DNA of 64,000 nucleotides from Gammaproteobacteria bacterium RIFCSPHIGHO2_12_FULL_35_23 (GCA_001801465.1 MGXT01000023.1:3809-67808); one strand, 5' to 3'; counted from the stretch's first letter, positions 40,396 through 50,937 are shown. Numbers and translations: made by a program. The notes: generated by a model from the sequence alone, not told the origin.

Positions 40396-42302
40396 GCTAA
40401 TTCAAGAAGTAACTTATTTAAACGCTGGACAAACTCAGCTGGATTTTTTAAATGTCCGCCTTCAGCTAAAACCGCTTGATCAAACAAAATCTGAGTTAAT
40501 TCAGCAAAGCGCTTATCATTCTGCTCTGATTTCAGCCGCAAAATAATGGCGTGCTCAGGGTTCAATTCAAAAATTGGCTTAGCTTCTGGTACAGGCTGAC
40601 CGAGCGACTCCATAATACGCTGCATGTTAACATTCATATCATACTCATCAGCAACGATACAAGCTGGAGAAGTAGTTAACCGATAAGTTAAACGCACTTC
40701 CTTAACTTTATCACCAAGCACTTCTTTGACTTGTTTTATTACTGTTTCAAACTCATTTTCAGCCTGTTTATGCTGTTCTTTTTCAGCTTGATCTTCAAGC
40801 TCTCCTAAATTTAAGTCACCTCGAGCCACTGAAACAATTTTCTTATCAGAATATTCTGATAAATGAGAAACCAACCACTCATCTACTCGATCTTTCAATA
40901 ATAATACTTCTATATCTTTCTTTCTAAAAATCTCTAGATGTGGACTGTTTCTAGCAGCTTCATAACTATCTGCAGTCACATAATATATTTTATCCTGCTT
41001 ATCTTTCATGCGGCTAATATACTCATCTAATGAAACGTTTTCGTCAGACGAATCAGCATGAGTTGTAGCAAAGCGAAATAATTTAGCAATTTTTTCTTTA
41101 TTAGTGAAATCTTCGGCAGGACCTTCTTTTAAAACTTTGCCAAATTCTTTCCAAAAGTCTTTATACTTATCTGGATGATCATAAGCAAGTTTTTCAAGCA
41201 TTTCTAAGACTCTCTTTGTCAAAGCTAAACGAATGCTTTCTATAGTTTTATTACCTTGTAAAATTTCGCGAGATATATTTAATGGTAAATCTCTGGAATC
41301 AATAACACCTTTTACAAATCGTAAATATAAAGGCAAAAACTGCTCAACGTTATCCATAATAAAAATACGTTGTACATATAGTTTTAATCCTCGAGGCTGT
41401 TCACGATTATATAAATCAAAAGGGGCCCGAGCCGGAATGTATAATAAACTGGTATACTCTAAATTACCTTCTACTTTATTATGGGCCCAAACCAAAGGAT
41501 CTTGAAAGTCATGAGCGATATGTTTATAAAATTCTTTATACTCCTCATCTTTAATTTTACTTTTTGGCAATGTCCATAAAGCAGTTGCTTTATTTACTGT
41601 TTCCCACTCTGGCTTCTTTTCTTCTTCTTTTTTATCTTCTTTATCAGCAAGTGGAGCTTTTAACATGAGAATAGGTAAATCAATATGATCAGAATATTTT
41701 GTAATAATACTTCGCACCCGCCAATCATCTAAAAATTCTTGTTCATCATTTTTAAGGTATAAAATAACTTCTGTACCCCTACCTGTTTTTTCAATGTTTT
41801 CAACTGAAAACTGACCCTTGCCATCTGATTCCCAGACAACACCGTGCTCAGCAGTTAAACCCGCTTTACGAGTTCTAACGATTACTTTATCTGCCACAAT
41901 AAAAGCAGAATAAAACCCAACTCCAAATTGTCCTATTAGTTTGGCATCTTTTACTTGGTTACTACTCAATTGCGCTAAAAAGTCTCGCGTACCAGATTTT
42001 GCAATAGTTCCTAAATTATTAACCACCTCATCTCTAGTCATGCCAATACCATTATCACAAATAGTAATAGTCTTAGCCTCTTTATCATAACTAACATGAA
42101 TATTTAATGTGGGATCATTTTCATACAGTGCAGCATCTCTTAAAGCCTCAAAGCGCAACTTATCAGCTGCGTCAGACGCATTAGAAATTAACTCTCGTAA
42201 AAATATTTCTTTGTTACTATATAAGGAATTAATCATTAAGTGTAACAACTGGGTAACTTCAGTTTGAAACCCCATGGTTTCTTTTTGTGCAACAACGGTC
42301 AT
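40392..42302 (-). CDS. htpG: molecular chaperone HtpG (Hsp90)
   Basis: 636 aa. N-terminal GHKL ATPase motifs [22 protein letters not shown] and GQFGVGFYS are fully collinear with HtpG. Confidence 0.95.
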   Translation of the reverse strand: MTVVAQKETMGFQTEVTQLLHLMINSLYSNKEIFLRELISNASDAADKLRFEALRDAALYENDPTLNIHVSYDKEAKTITICDNGIGMTRDEVVNNLGTIAKSGTRDFLAQLSSNQVKDAKLIGQFGVGFYSAFIVADKVIVRTRKAGLTAEHGVVWESDGKGQFSVENIEKTGRGTEVILYLKNDEQEFLDDWRVRSIITKYSDHIDLPILMLKAPLADKEDKKEEEKKPEWETVNKATALWTLPKSKIKDEEYKEFYKHIAHDFQDPLVWAHNKVEGNLEYTSLLYIPARAPFDLYNREQPRGLKLYVQRIFIMDNVEQFLPLYLRFVKGVIDSRDLPLNISREILQGNKTIESIRLALTKRVLEMLEKLAYDHPDKYKDFWKEFGKVLKEGPAEDFTNKEKIAKLFRFATTHADSSDENVSLDEYISRMKDKQDKIYYVTADSYEAARNSPHLEIFRKKDIEVLLLKDRVDEWLVSHLSEYSDKKIVSVARGDLNLGELEDQAEKEQHKQAENEFETVIKQVKEVLGDKVKEVRLTYRLTTSPACIVADEYDMNVNMQRIMESLGQPVPEAKPIFELNPEHAIILRLKSEQNDKRFAELTQILFDQAVLAEGGHLKNPAEFVQRLNKLLLELA

Positions 42303-42334
42303 TATTATCTCTCCTAAAAATCATGTTGTAATGC

Positions 42335-42362
42335 ATATGGGGATAATAATTAATTTTTCAAG
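42335..42362 (-). promoter_or_regulatory. sigma-32 (RpoH) heat-shock promoter of htpG
   Basis: On the minus strand CTTGAAA (-35, 42356-42362) is followed by a 13-nt spacer and CCCCATAT (-10, 42335-42342), about 35 nt upstream of the htpG ATG. This matches the consensus CTTGAAA-N13-15-CCCCATnT. Confidence 0.55.
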
Positions 42363-42589
42363 AGATGTATAAAATGTCGTCATTTAATATTAATCTTTTA
42401 AATCAATTCCTTGCTAAATCTTTTCAGCTACTAATAATTCATAAAATATGATCTAAATATAATCATTTTTTAAGTGCATCTCGCTTGTAACGGAGAAAGA
42501 TTGCCTATTAAAAATAATCGGTTTAATATGCCTAGGGTTTTAATTTCAAGTCATTCTTTCTAATAGATTTATCACCAATAGGAAATATA

Positions 42590-43180
42590 ATGCCTAAGAC
42601 ATTTGAACCACTACCAATTCTTAAATTAAGCGAACAAAATACTTATACTCATCCACCATTAGGACCTGAGCTCGTTTATATAACTGACCCAGCAGTTGAT
42701 GTGATTATAAACTTTAGTCATGTTAAACCGTTAATTACCACTCCCACCCATACCATTGATCAAGCTAACGTGGATATGAAATTTTCTGGAACCCATATTA
42801 TGTTAGTGGTTGAGGACGAAACAGTAGTAGGTGTAGTAAGCTCTGAAGATATTTTAGGTGAAAAACCAATGCATATTGCACAAGAACGCCGAATTAGACG
42901 TGACGAAATTTTAGTAAGTGCTGTCATGACTCCACAACATGAACTAATGGCGATTGATTATAAAGATGTAAAATATGCTAAAGTTGGCCATTTACTAACA
43001 ACGTTAACTGAAAATAAACAACATTATGCATTAATTGTAGATACAGAAGAAAACTCTACTATGCAAACTGTTCATGGCTTAGTTTATATATATGATATTA
43101 TAAAAAGACTGGATAATGACTTACCAACTGAATTAAAAGAAGCTCGCTCGCTTCTCGAATTACAAAAAAAATTACGCTAA
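42590..43180 (+). CDS. CBS-pair domain protein
   Basis: 196 aa. Two CBS-like repeats (HIMLVVEDETVVGVVSSEDIL ... YALIVDTEEN..VHGLVYIYDII). Confidence 0.6.
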   Translation: MPKTFEPLPILKLSEQNTYTHPPLGPELVYITDPAVDVIINFSHVKPLITTPTHTIDQANVDMKFSGTHIMLVVEDETVVGVVSSEDILGEKPMHIAQERRIRRDEILVSAVMTPQHELMAIDYKDVKYAKVGHLLTTLTENKQHYALIVDTEENSTMQTVHGLVYIYDIIKRLDNDLPTELKEARSLLELQKKLR

Positions 43181-43195
43181 GTTAATTATCGGTAC

Positions 43196-46100
43196 TTGAG
43201 TTCAATTATGCAAAAAAAATTTCTTGACTATAGCATCGCTACCTTGCATCAAGTTGATACTTTAACAACATTAGATAACGCCTTTTTAGAACATTTAAAA
43301 CCTCATGCACAACTCTATCAAGATTTTCAAGCTTATAGAAATGAATCAAGTCAATTAACTCCTATTCAACAAAGTGAAGTCATTATCGCTGCAGGCAAAC
43401 TATTAGACCAATTTCTAATAAAGTTTTTTGATATTGAAGAAGCAGCCACAAAACTTGAATTAAAAACCTTAAGTCACCGCCCTATTTTTGTTTTTAAAAA
43501 ATGGTATGTTTTACGTCGTGCCAAAAGACGTTTACAGCGTGAAGAATCCTTACCCAGTTTTACAGAATTGAATTTATGGTTAAATGAACAGCTCGGCCCT
43601 TGCCAAGATAAAGAACTTCAAATTGCAGAGTTTGCAGTACCATTTTTAGAGGATGAAGAAGCCAATAGTGAGATCATTGAAAAAATAACTCAGTGGTGTA
43701 TTCAGGCCTTAAAAACCAAAGAAGGACAAGAAGCAACTCTTGGCTGGGTCTGCTTTAAATTACCTAATCGTACTGATTATCAACGGTTAATTCCTATTCA
43801 AATTGATCAGACTGACCATTTAAAACGCAGCACTTTTCCCAATGATAAATTAAGATATCGCGATGGTTTTAAATTAACTGATCCACGCATGTCTAGACGA
43901 CAAGTGATGAGTGAAATTGATTATTGTATCTATTGCCACGATCACGATGGTGATTTTTGTTCAAAAGGCTTTCCTGAAAAAAAAGGTGATCCTAGTCAAG
44001 GTTTTAGAACTAATCCACTTAATAACATCTTAATTGGCTGTCCTCTCGATGAAAAAATCTCTGAAATGCATACTTTAAAACGGGATGGTTACTCATTAGG
44101 CGCCTTGGCAACAGTCATGATAGATAATCCTATGTGCCCAGCCACAGGTCATCGCATTTGTAATGACTGCATGAAGGCTTGTATTTATCAGAAACAAGAC
44201 CCTGTCAATATTCCAGAAATTGAAACTAGAGTTTTAACTGATGTAATAAATTTGCCTTGGGGTGTTGAGATTTATGATTTTCTAACTTATTGGAATCCAC
44301 TGCGTAAACAACAGCAACAAGCTAAATCTTATAATGGACTTAAAGTTTTTATTGCTGGAATGGGGCCTGCGGGCTTTACTTTGGCACACTATTTATTGAT
44401 GGAAGGCTTTGCAGTTGTAGGAACCGATGGCTTAAAAATTGAGCAGCTTGATCCTCTCCTAATCAATAAGCCTATTAAAAACTACGAAGATATCAAAGAA
44501 GAGCTTGATAAACGTATCATGTTAGGATTTGGTGGAGTTGCAGAATACGGAATAACAGTACGTTGGGATAAAAACTTCTTAAAGCTTATTTATATTAGTC
44601 TATTGCGTAAACCCCATTTTCAAGTGTTTGGTGGTATACGATTTGGTGGCACTGTGACCGTTGAAAGCTTATGGGAACTAGGCTTTGATCATGCAGTCAT
44701 TGCAGTAGGTGCTGGTCTTCCTAAAGCCTTGGCTATACCAGGAAGCATGGCAAAAGGTATGCGCCAAGCAAATGATTTTTTAATGGCACTACAATTAACA
44801 GGGGCCGCTAAAGATAATTCTTTAGCTAATTTGCAAATTCGCCTTCCTGCTATTGTAATTGGTGGTGGCTTAACTGGTGTAGACACTGCAACAGAATTAC
44901 AGGCTTACTATATTGCTCAAGTTGAAAAAATATTAATTCACTATGAAATACTGAGCCAAGAGTTTTCAGAATCTGCCATTAGAAATAATTTTGATAAAGA
45001 GAATTTAATTATTCTTGATGAATTTTTAATGCATGCTAAAGCAATTCGAGAAGAACGAGCTCGTGCAAAACAAACCAATGAGAACCCCCATCTAATAAAA
45101 TTGTTAAAATCATGGGGTGGCGTCACGATTGTTTATCGACGTGCAATACAAGACTCCCCTGCTTATCTCAGCAACCATGAAGAACTTAATAAAGCATTTG
45201 AAGAAGGGATATATTATTTAGAAGGGTTGCAACCTATTGCAGCTCAACTTGATGAATATGGTCATATTAATAAAGTATGCTGCGAAAAACGTTTACAAGA
45301 TGCGGAAGGAAACTGGCTTGATGATCATCATACAGTTGAATTACCTGCCAAAAGTGTGCTAGTTGCGACTGGTGCTCAACCTAATATTGCCTATACTTTT
45401 GAACATGAGGGAACTTTTGTACGTAATCGCTTAGAATACCAGCCCTATGAAAATATTGATGAAAATCTAGTCATTGTTAAAGCCGCTGAAAATATTAAAG
45501 AGCCCTTATTTGGACCTTTTACCTCTTATCAAGTAGATAATAAACGAGTTAGCTTTATAGGTGATACACATCCAGTCTTCCAAGGCAATGTAGTCAAAGC
45601 AATTTCCTCAGCTTTGCGCTCTTACCCCAAGATTGTCGAATTATTTGGGGAGCTAACCAAACAAACCACAGACGAAACTGAGTATGAGTTATTTGCAAAA
45701 TTTATTAGCGAAAGCTTTGCTAGCAAAATTACTGCCGTAACAAGACGTAGCAAAAATGTAATAGAGCTTACAGTACATGCTCCCTTAGCAGTAAAAAAAT
45801 TTAAACCAGGTCAATTTTTTAGAGTACAAAATTATGAAACCTCTGCTATTGAAGTTGAAAAAACTAAATTACAAACCGAGCCTTTAGCTTTAGCTGGTTT
45901 TTATCCTAGCTTCGAACAAGGAACTATTAAGTTAATGATTATTGAACAGGGCGCTAGCACAAAAATGTGCGCTACTTTTAAACCCGGTGACTCCATTGCC
46001 CTAATGGGTCCAACAGGCGTCCGTAGCAAAATACCTCATGATCAACAAACTATTCTAATTATTGGTAACACACAGCAAAGTTTAGCTTATGTGCGTGCAG

Positions 46101-46696
46101 TAGGTCCAGCACTCAAAGCTGCAAACAATAGAGTTATTTATTTAGGCTGTTTTGCTTCAGCTGAAGAATTATTTTGTCAAACAGAAATTGAACAATGTAC
46201 TGACCAAACTATTTGGTCCACCTTAGATAATTCTACTATCACGCCAAGTAGGAAAAATGACTACTCTTTTAATGATGAAGCTATTAATACATTGCTCAAT
46301 ATTTCTTTAGATAAAAATTTAATTGACTTAACTAACATCGATAGAATCACTGTTCTTGGCGACTCTTATTTATTGAAGAACTTTCAATTAGCACGCTCAA
46401 CACTCTTACAACATAAATTAAAACCAAACGTTAAGGTATTCGGTGCTATTTATAGTTCCATGCAATGTATGCTTAAAGGTGTTTGCGCCCAATGCTTACA
46501 ATGGCAAATTAATCCTGAAACGGGTCAGCGAACCAAAGCCGTCTTTGCTTGTTCATGGCAAGACCAACCCTTGGAATTAGTTGATTTAGATAATTTAGCA
46601 GAACGATTAGGACAAAACAAAGTTTGTGAAACTTTATCTAGCCTATGGTTTGATTATTTAAAAGTTAAAGCCTCTCCAGATCTAACCATTATCTGA
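43196..46696 (+). CDS. large multidomain Fe-S flavoprotein oxidoreductase (N-terminal domain + Cys clusters + GltD/NfnB-like FAD/NAD(P) module + PyrK/NfnA-like ferredoxin-reductase module)
   Basis: 1166 aa. Cys-rich segments, two Rossmann-type dinucleotide-binding motifs (GMGPAG, GGGLTG) and a C-terminal FNR-fold with a PyrK-like 2Fe-2S tail are detailed under findings. Confidence 0.75.
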   Translation: MSSIMQKKFLDYSIATLHQVDTLTTLDNAFLEHLKPHAQLYQDFQAYRNESSQLTPIQQSEVIIAAGKLLDQFLIKFFDIEEAATKLELKTLSHRPIFVFKKWYVLRRAKRRLQREESLPSFTELNLWLNEQLGPCQDKELQIAEFAVPFLEDEEANSEIIEKITQWCIQALKTKEGQEATLGWVCFKLPNRTDYQRLIPIQIDQTDHLKRSTFPNDKLRYRDGFKLTDPRMSRRQVMSEIDYCIYCHDHDGDFCSKGFPEKKGDPSQGFRTNPLNNILIGCPLDEKISEMHTLKRDGYSLGALATVMIDNPMCPATGHRICNDCMKACIYQKQDPVNIPEIETRVLTDVINLPWGVEIYDFLTYWNPLRKQQQQAKSYNGLKVFIAGMGPAGFTLAHYLLMEGFAVVGTDGLKIEQLDPLLINKPIKNYEDIKEELDKRIMLGFGGVAEYGITVRWDKNFLKLIYISLLRKPHFQVFGGIRFGGTVTVESLWELGFDHAVIAVGAGLPKALAIPGSMAKGMRQANDFLMALQLTGAAKDNSLANLQIRLPAIVIGGGLTGVDTATELQAYYIAQVEKILIHYEILSQEFSESAIRNNFDKENLIILDEFLMHAKAIREERARAKQTNENPHLIKLLKSWGGVTIVYRRAIQDSPAYLSNHEELNKAFEEGIYYLEGLQPIAAQLDEYGHINKVCCEKRLQDAEGNWLDDHHTVELPAKSVLVATGAQPNIAYTFEHEGTFVRNRLEYQPYENIDENLVIVKAAENIKEPLFGPFTSYQVDNKRVSFIGDTHPVFQGNVVKAISSALRSYPKIVELFGELTKQTTDETEYELFAKFISESFASKITAVTRRSKNVIELTVHAPLAVKKFKPGQFFRVQNYETSAIEVEKTKLQTEPLALAGFYPSFEQGTIKLMIIEQGASTKMCATFKPGDSIALMGPTGVRSKIPHDQQTILIIGNTQQSLAYVRAVGPALKAANNRVIYLGCFASAEELFCQTEIEQCTDQTIWSTLDNSTITPSRKNDYSFNDEAINTLLNISLDKNLIDLTNIDRITVLGDSYLLKNFQLARSTLLQHKLKPNVKVFGAIYSSMQCMLKGVCAQCLQWQINPETGQRTKAVFACSWQDQPLELVDLDNLAERLGQNKVCETLSSLWFDYLKVKASPDLTII

Positions 46697-46792
46697 TACT
46701 TGAGACCTTATTTAACTTATTATTTCTATCCTTTTGACAAAAAAATAAATTTAGCTAAACTTAAATAATAAAACTCTATAGGACTGATTAAC

Positions 46793-47287
46793 ATGGAAGA
46801 AATAGTAAAACAGCGCAAAGAATTAATAATGGCTGAAATTATGCCCCCCGAGCGAGCAAACTTTACTGGCCATATTCATGGTGGTTATATAGTTTTATTA
46901 TTAGATCGAGTCGCTTATGCTTGCACTTCTCGCTACTGTGGTAAAAGCGTTGTAACAGTTTCTATTGATGAAGTACTTTTTAAAAAATCTATCTTCATTG
47001 GTGATCTTGTCACATTTTATGCGAGTATTAATTATGTAGGCAGAACATCTATGGTAGTTGGCATCCGAGTAACTGCTGAAAATTTAAAAACTGGAGAAGT
47101 TAGACACACCAATACCTGTTACATTACTATGGTTGCCATTGATGATCAAGGCAATCCAACGCCTGTGCCTAAGTTAATACTCAATAATGATACCGACAGA
47201 CGTCGCTATAAAGAAGCTGAAGAATTAAAACAATTACGAAAAGAGTATCAATTAAAAATGGCCGCTGTTAAATTAACAAAAGATTGA
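46793..47287 (+). CDS. acyl-CoA thioesterase (hotdog fold, YciA-like)
   Basis: ANFTGHIHGGYIVLLLDRVAYACTSRY...VTVSIDEVLFKKSIFIGDLV matches the YciA/BFIT thioesterase core. Confidence 0.75.
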   Translation: MEEIVKQRKELIMAEIMPPERANFTGHIHGGYIVLLLDRVAYACTSRYCGKSVVTVSIDEVLFKKSIFIGDLVTFYASINYVGRTSMVVGIRVTAENLKTGEVRHTNTCYITMVAIDDQGNPTPVPKLILNNDTDRRRYKEAEELKQLRKEYQLKMAAVKLTKD

Positions 47288-47843
47288 ATTATTCAACCAA
47301 AACACTAGCAAATTAAAACCTTATATGCAGGGCTTTTCTAACAAGAAATTGTTAATTTAAAATGTTTCTAGAGAAAATCTTCACTACTTAAGAGATAAAA
47401 ATAAAAACAAAGTTAATTTTCTTATTACCGAAAATGAAAAACCATGAATGACTGCTGAAATAAAATCTTCAAACAACCAACCTTTAAGTGAAAACTTGTT
47501 ATATTTTCAAAACCAATTTAATACAAAATATGTATTTCAAACTGCCTATGCTATACCTCATATAGATGGGAATTATTTTGCAAAAAAACCCAGTTATTGT
47601 CTCGGCAAAAGCTTTATTAAGTCAATTACCTTAATTATTACTGGATAAATTTAAAGGGCAAATTCTAAATTGAAGTGCAACAGTCAAAAATGCTGTATAT
47701 TCATGTTCTTGGGAAACTTGAATAGCTAGATCAATTGCATTACCCCCCTTCTCCTTAAAATAATAAAAAAATTTTATTATATTTTATAACAAAACTATTT
47801 TAGAATTTGTATAACTTTTAATGTTTAATATCTAAAGAAAAAT

Positions 47844-48539
47844 ATGTCAAGAATAGGTGTAGTAACTGTTACCATGGTTGGATCAAATATCTGTACTAAT
47901 CATATTGTAGCTGAGGCTTTAAAAAATAACGTTAGTGGCAAACACCCAGAAATAGTAAGCATAGCCCTATCCTTTGATCGCTATAAATCTGCTATCGTGG
48001 CGAAAAACTGGAACAAAGTAGCCGATCTAATTCTTGAAACTATCAATCTATTACAACTTGCAGGTTGTGATTTTATTATTATTCCTTCCAATACCCCACA
48101 TTATGCTTTTGAAAAAGTTCACCTCAAATCATCTCTACCAGTTTTTAACCTATTAGAAATCACTGCAGAAGAATGTGCTAAAAAAGGGTTTAAGCAAGTG
48201 GTAATAATGGGTACAAAAGCAACAATGGAAGACGGCCTTTATACTAAAGCATTAACATTAAAAAATATTAAACTGGTTATTCCTGATGTAACAACAAGAG
48301 AACTAATGGATACTCTCATTATGGACTATATAATTCCTTCGCGCCCAAATCACCTCTTACAAAACAAAATTAAATCTGCTATTTTAGATTTAAATTGCGA
48401 CGCTGCAATTTTAGGTTGTACCGAATTATCAGAAGTTTATAATTCTAAAACTTTAGAAATGCCTATAATAGATACAACAAGGCTACTAGCCACCACTGCT
48501 CTTAAATATTCTATAAAGTTGGATAATTCAAGAATCTAG
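47844..48539 (+). CDS. Asp/Glu racemase family protein (YgeA-like: first catalytic position Ser, second Cys)
   Basis: C-terminal ILGCTELS catalytic Cys motif. The first catalytic motif reads IIPSNTPHYAF, with Ser in place of the usual Cys (as in E. coli YgeA, which has Thr/Cys). Confidence 0.65.
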   Translation: MSRIGVVTVTMVGSNICTNHIVAEALKNNVSGKHPEIVSIALSFDRYKSAIVAKNWNKVADLILETINLLQLAGCDFIIIPSNTPHYAFEKVHLKSSLPVFNLLEITAEECAKKGFKQVVIMGTKATMEDGLYTKALTLKNIKLVIPDVTTRELMDTLIMDYIIPSRPNHLLQNKIKSAILDLNCDAAILGCTELSEVYNSKTLEMPIIDTTRLLATTALKYSIKLDNSRI

Positions 48540-48747
48540 AGATATAAAAAGAAAGATATTTATTATTAACCATAGTTAAATTTATGGTTAATTTGCTCTC
48601 TTTATCTAGAGCTGCTTAAACATACCGACTTGTTTTATTAAAGTAAATAAACCAATTATAACTTTTAGAATATATGCCAACAATTAATTTCTGGAATTTA
48701 GTCCTCTTAAAAGTTAAAATGTGTAAAAATACAAGATTTTATTAATT

Positions 48748-49521
48748 ATGTCTATTCAATTTAATCCAGCTGATAACTTAATCTCTGTCCTGCTATTACA
48801 GCAACAACAGGTTAACACTTTAACTGGGGCATTAGATATTTTTTGGCTTAAAAAAACTTATCAAGCAATTCCCTATTTAATTCAACATGATTCAAATACT
48901 ATTGGTTATTTCTTTATTAATGAACAAAAGTCTCTACTGGAATTTTTTATTACAAACGAATATTTATTTTTATCTGAAACGGTATTTAAACAGCTACTTG
49001 ACAAAAAATTAGCTAAAGAAGCTTACCTCAGCACACGTAATCCCAGATTATTGTCTTTATGCTTAGATTACGCAGTAAAAACTACTCCAGCTGCGTATTT
49101 ATTCTATGATCTACTTCATATTTCTAAACAATCCTTACCCTATCAACTTATCTTAGCTACTCAAGATGATACTGATTGGCTCAATTCTTATGAACGCTCT
49201 CCTAGTGAAATAATAAAACATATTGATGAGAAAACTTTATTTATTCTTTCTGATCAAAATAATACTAGAGTAGGAATAGGAAAAATTTCTATTAATCCTT
49301 TACAAACTGAATATTCTGATGTAGGAGCATGGGTTAAACCAAATCATAGGAATAAAGGTCTTGGTACTTGTATAATTAATCAACTTAAAACTATATGCTA
49401 TCAAAGAAAAGTAATTCCAACCTGTGGCTGCGATATTGATAATTTAACCTCTAAAAGAATGCTTGAAAAAGCAGGATTTTATGCCAATGATAGAATTTTA
49501 AAGGTATCATTTAAATTTTAA
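48748..49521 (+). CDS. GNAT family acetyltransferase (C-terminal GNAT domain)
   Basis: The C-terminal 100 aa carry motif A (HRNKGLGTCIINQL) and the LEKAGF tail. Confidence 0.55.
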   Translation: MSIQFNPADNLISVLLLQQQQVNTLTGALDIFWLKKTYQAIPYLIQHDSNTIGYFFINEQKSLLEFFITNEYLFLSETVFKQLLDKKLAKEAYLSTRNPRLLSLCLDYAVKTTPAAYLFYDLLHISKQSLPYQLILATQDDTDWLNSYERSPSEIIKHIDEKTLFILSDQNNTRVGIGKISINPLQTEYSDVGAWVKPNHRNKGLGTCIINQLKTICYQRKVIPTCGCDIDNLTSKRMLEKAGFYANDRILKVSFKF

Positions 49522-49553
49522 TCAATGGGTTTAATTAGCTTACAGCTTATTAC

Positions 49554-50321
49554 TTGGAACTTGACATGAAAAAAGTTTCTTTAATTACCGGCGGTGGTAG
49601 TGGTATTGGTAGAGCCTTAGCTAAAACGCTTGCTGAAAAAGATTTACAGGTTTATATCATTGGTCGTCGAACAGATAAATTAAAAGAAACTCAATATCTC
49701 GCGCCAAATCATATTATTCCTATTGCTGCAGACATAGCTACTACAGAAGGACGTTATTCTGTTGTTAAATTATTAGCTAATCAGTCTATTCATTATCTTG
49801 TTCATAATGCAGCAATAGTAGAACCTCTTAAAACTATAGATAAAATTACTTTAGAAGAATGGCACCATCTCATAGCTATTAATTTGGAAGGGCCATTATT
49901 TTTAACTCAATTATTTTTACCATTGTTTGTTAAAGGTTCTCGTATTCTTAATATCTCATCTGGCCTTGCTCATCGAGCATTTTTAGGTACCGCTGCTTAT
50001 TCAATTAGTAAGTCAGCACTACATATGCTTTATCAGGTATGGAATGAAGAATTATCATCTCGAGGAATTCTTGCAGGCTCTATTCAACCAGGTGCTGTTG
50101 ACACGGAAATGTAGGATTTTATTCGTGCAGACAAATCATTTATTAATCGACCTTACTTTGAAGCATTAAAAGCAGAAGGAAAACTTCTATCAGCTACTAA
50201 AGTAGCAGATGTACTTAGTTGGATGTTGCTATCTATGGATTCCAAGCAGTTCATTAAAAAGGACTGGCATATAGAAGATGATATTTTTTACAACTTATTA
50301 AGCATAAATAACAAAAATTAA
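49554..50321 (+). pseudogene. SDR family oxidoreductase interrupted by a single in-frame TAG (186 codons + TAG + 68 codons)
   Basis: TGGGSGIGRALA NAD(P) motif, NAAIV, catalytic Y-x3-K (YSISK) and PGAVDTEM; then TAG at 50112-50114; the same frame continues DFIRADKSFINRPYFEAL... to TAA at 50319-50321. Total 255 codons, the normal SDR length. Confidence 0.6.
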
Positions 50322-50338
50322 GAAAATAAATTAATTGT

Positions 50339-50932
50339 TTAAGGCAGATGCTTCAATAAACCTTGTAAAGCAAAAATAATAGCTCGCTTTCTAATCTCTA
50401 CCCTATCACCTTTTATAAGATTATGCTGGACAGAAACCAGATAAATAGGTTTATTTTCTAATTGTTGTAAAGAAACTTGATTAAAACCCTCCCCTTTTTT
50501 TTGAAAAGCAATTTGATTTTTAATAGTACTAGCTTGATTGCTTAACATGATTTTATTAGCCCAGGCAAACCATACAGTGCCTACAGGCTTACTTGGAGTT
50601 CCACCACCGGGTCCGGCAATACCGGTAATAGACAAAGAAACCGTTGCATAATTATTTTCTAGGGCCCCTAAAGCCATTTCAATTGCCGTTTGCTTACTCA
50701 CAGCCCCTTCAGTAATCAAAGTAGCTGAAGAAACGTTTAAGAGCTCTTCTTTAGCTATATTGCTGTATGTTACCAACCCTCTATCAAACCAAGCAGAGCT
50801 ACCTGCTATAGAGGTAATAGCATAAGCAACTCCACCTCCGGTACAAGATTCTGCGGTAACAAGCATTTGCTTACTAGCCAATAATTTTCGGCCCGCTTCC
50901 TCCGCAAACTTTATAATTTCAAGCTCTAACAT
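50339..50932 (-). CDS. pncC: CinA C-terminal domain protein / NMN amidohydrolase PncC-like
   Basis: VTAESCTGGGVAYAITSIAGSS..ITGIAGPGGG matches the CinA_C signature. Confidence 0.8.
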   Translation of the reverse strand: MLELEIIKFAEEAGRKLLASKQMLVTAESCTGGGVAYAITSIAGSSAWFDRGLVTYSNIAKEELLNVSSATLITEGAVSKQTAIEMALGALENNYATVSLSITGIAGPGGGTPSKPVGTVWFAWANKIMLSNQASTIKNQIAFQKKGEGFNQVSLQQLENKPIYLVSVQHNLIKGDRVEIRKRAIIFALQGLLKHLP

Positions 50933-50937
50933 AGTTG

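Noticed and set aside
39237-40546. Short ORFs 39237-39422, 39969-40160 (antisense in the symporter gene) and 40337-40546 (overlapping the htpG 3' end)
   Set aside because: They are embedded in or overlap strongly supported genes, and their sequences are not protein-like.
41233-41505. 90-aa ORF antisense to htpG
   Set aside because: It lies inside htpG.
44689-45126. Two antisense ORFs inside the 1166-aa oxidoreductase gene
   Set aside because: They lie opposite a continuous motif-rich CDS.
47448-47648. 66-aa ORF in the 556-bp spacer before the racemase gene
   Set aside because: No RBS, and the low-complexity translation (…KYVFQTAYAIPHIDGNYFAKKPSYCLGKSFIKSITLIITG) is not protein-like. The region may still carry a degraded gene or regulatory RNA, so it is kept only as a low-priority note.
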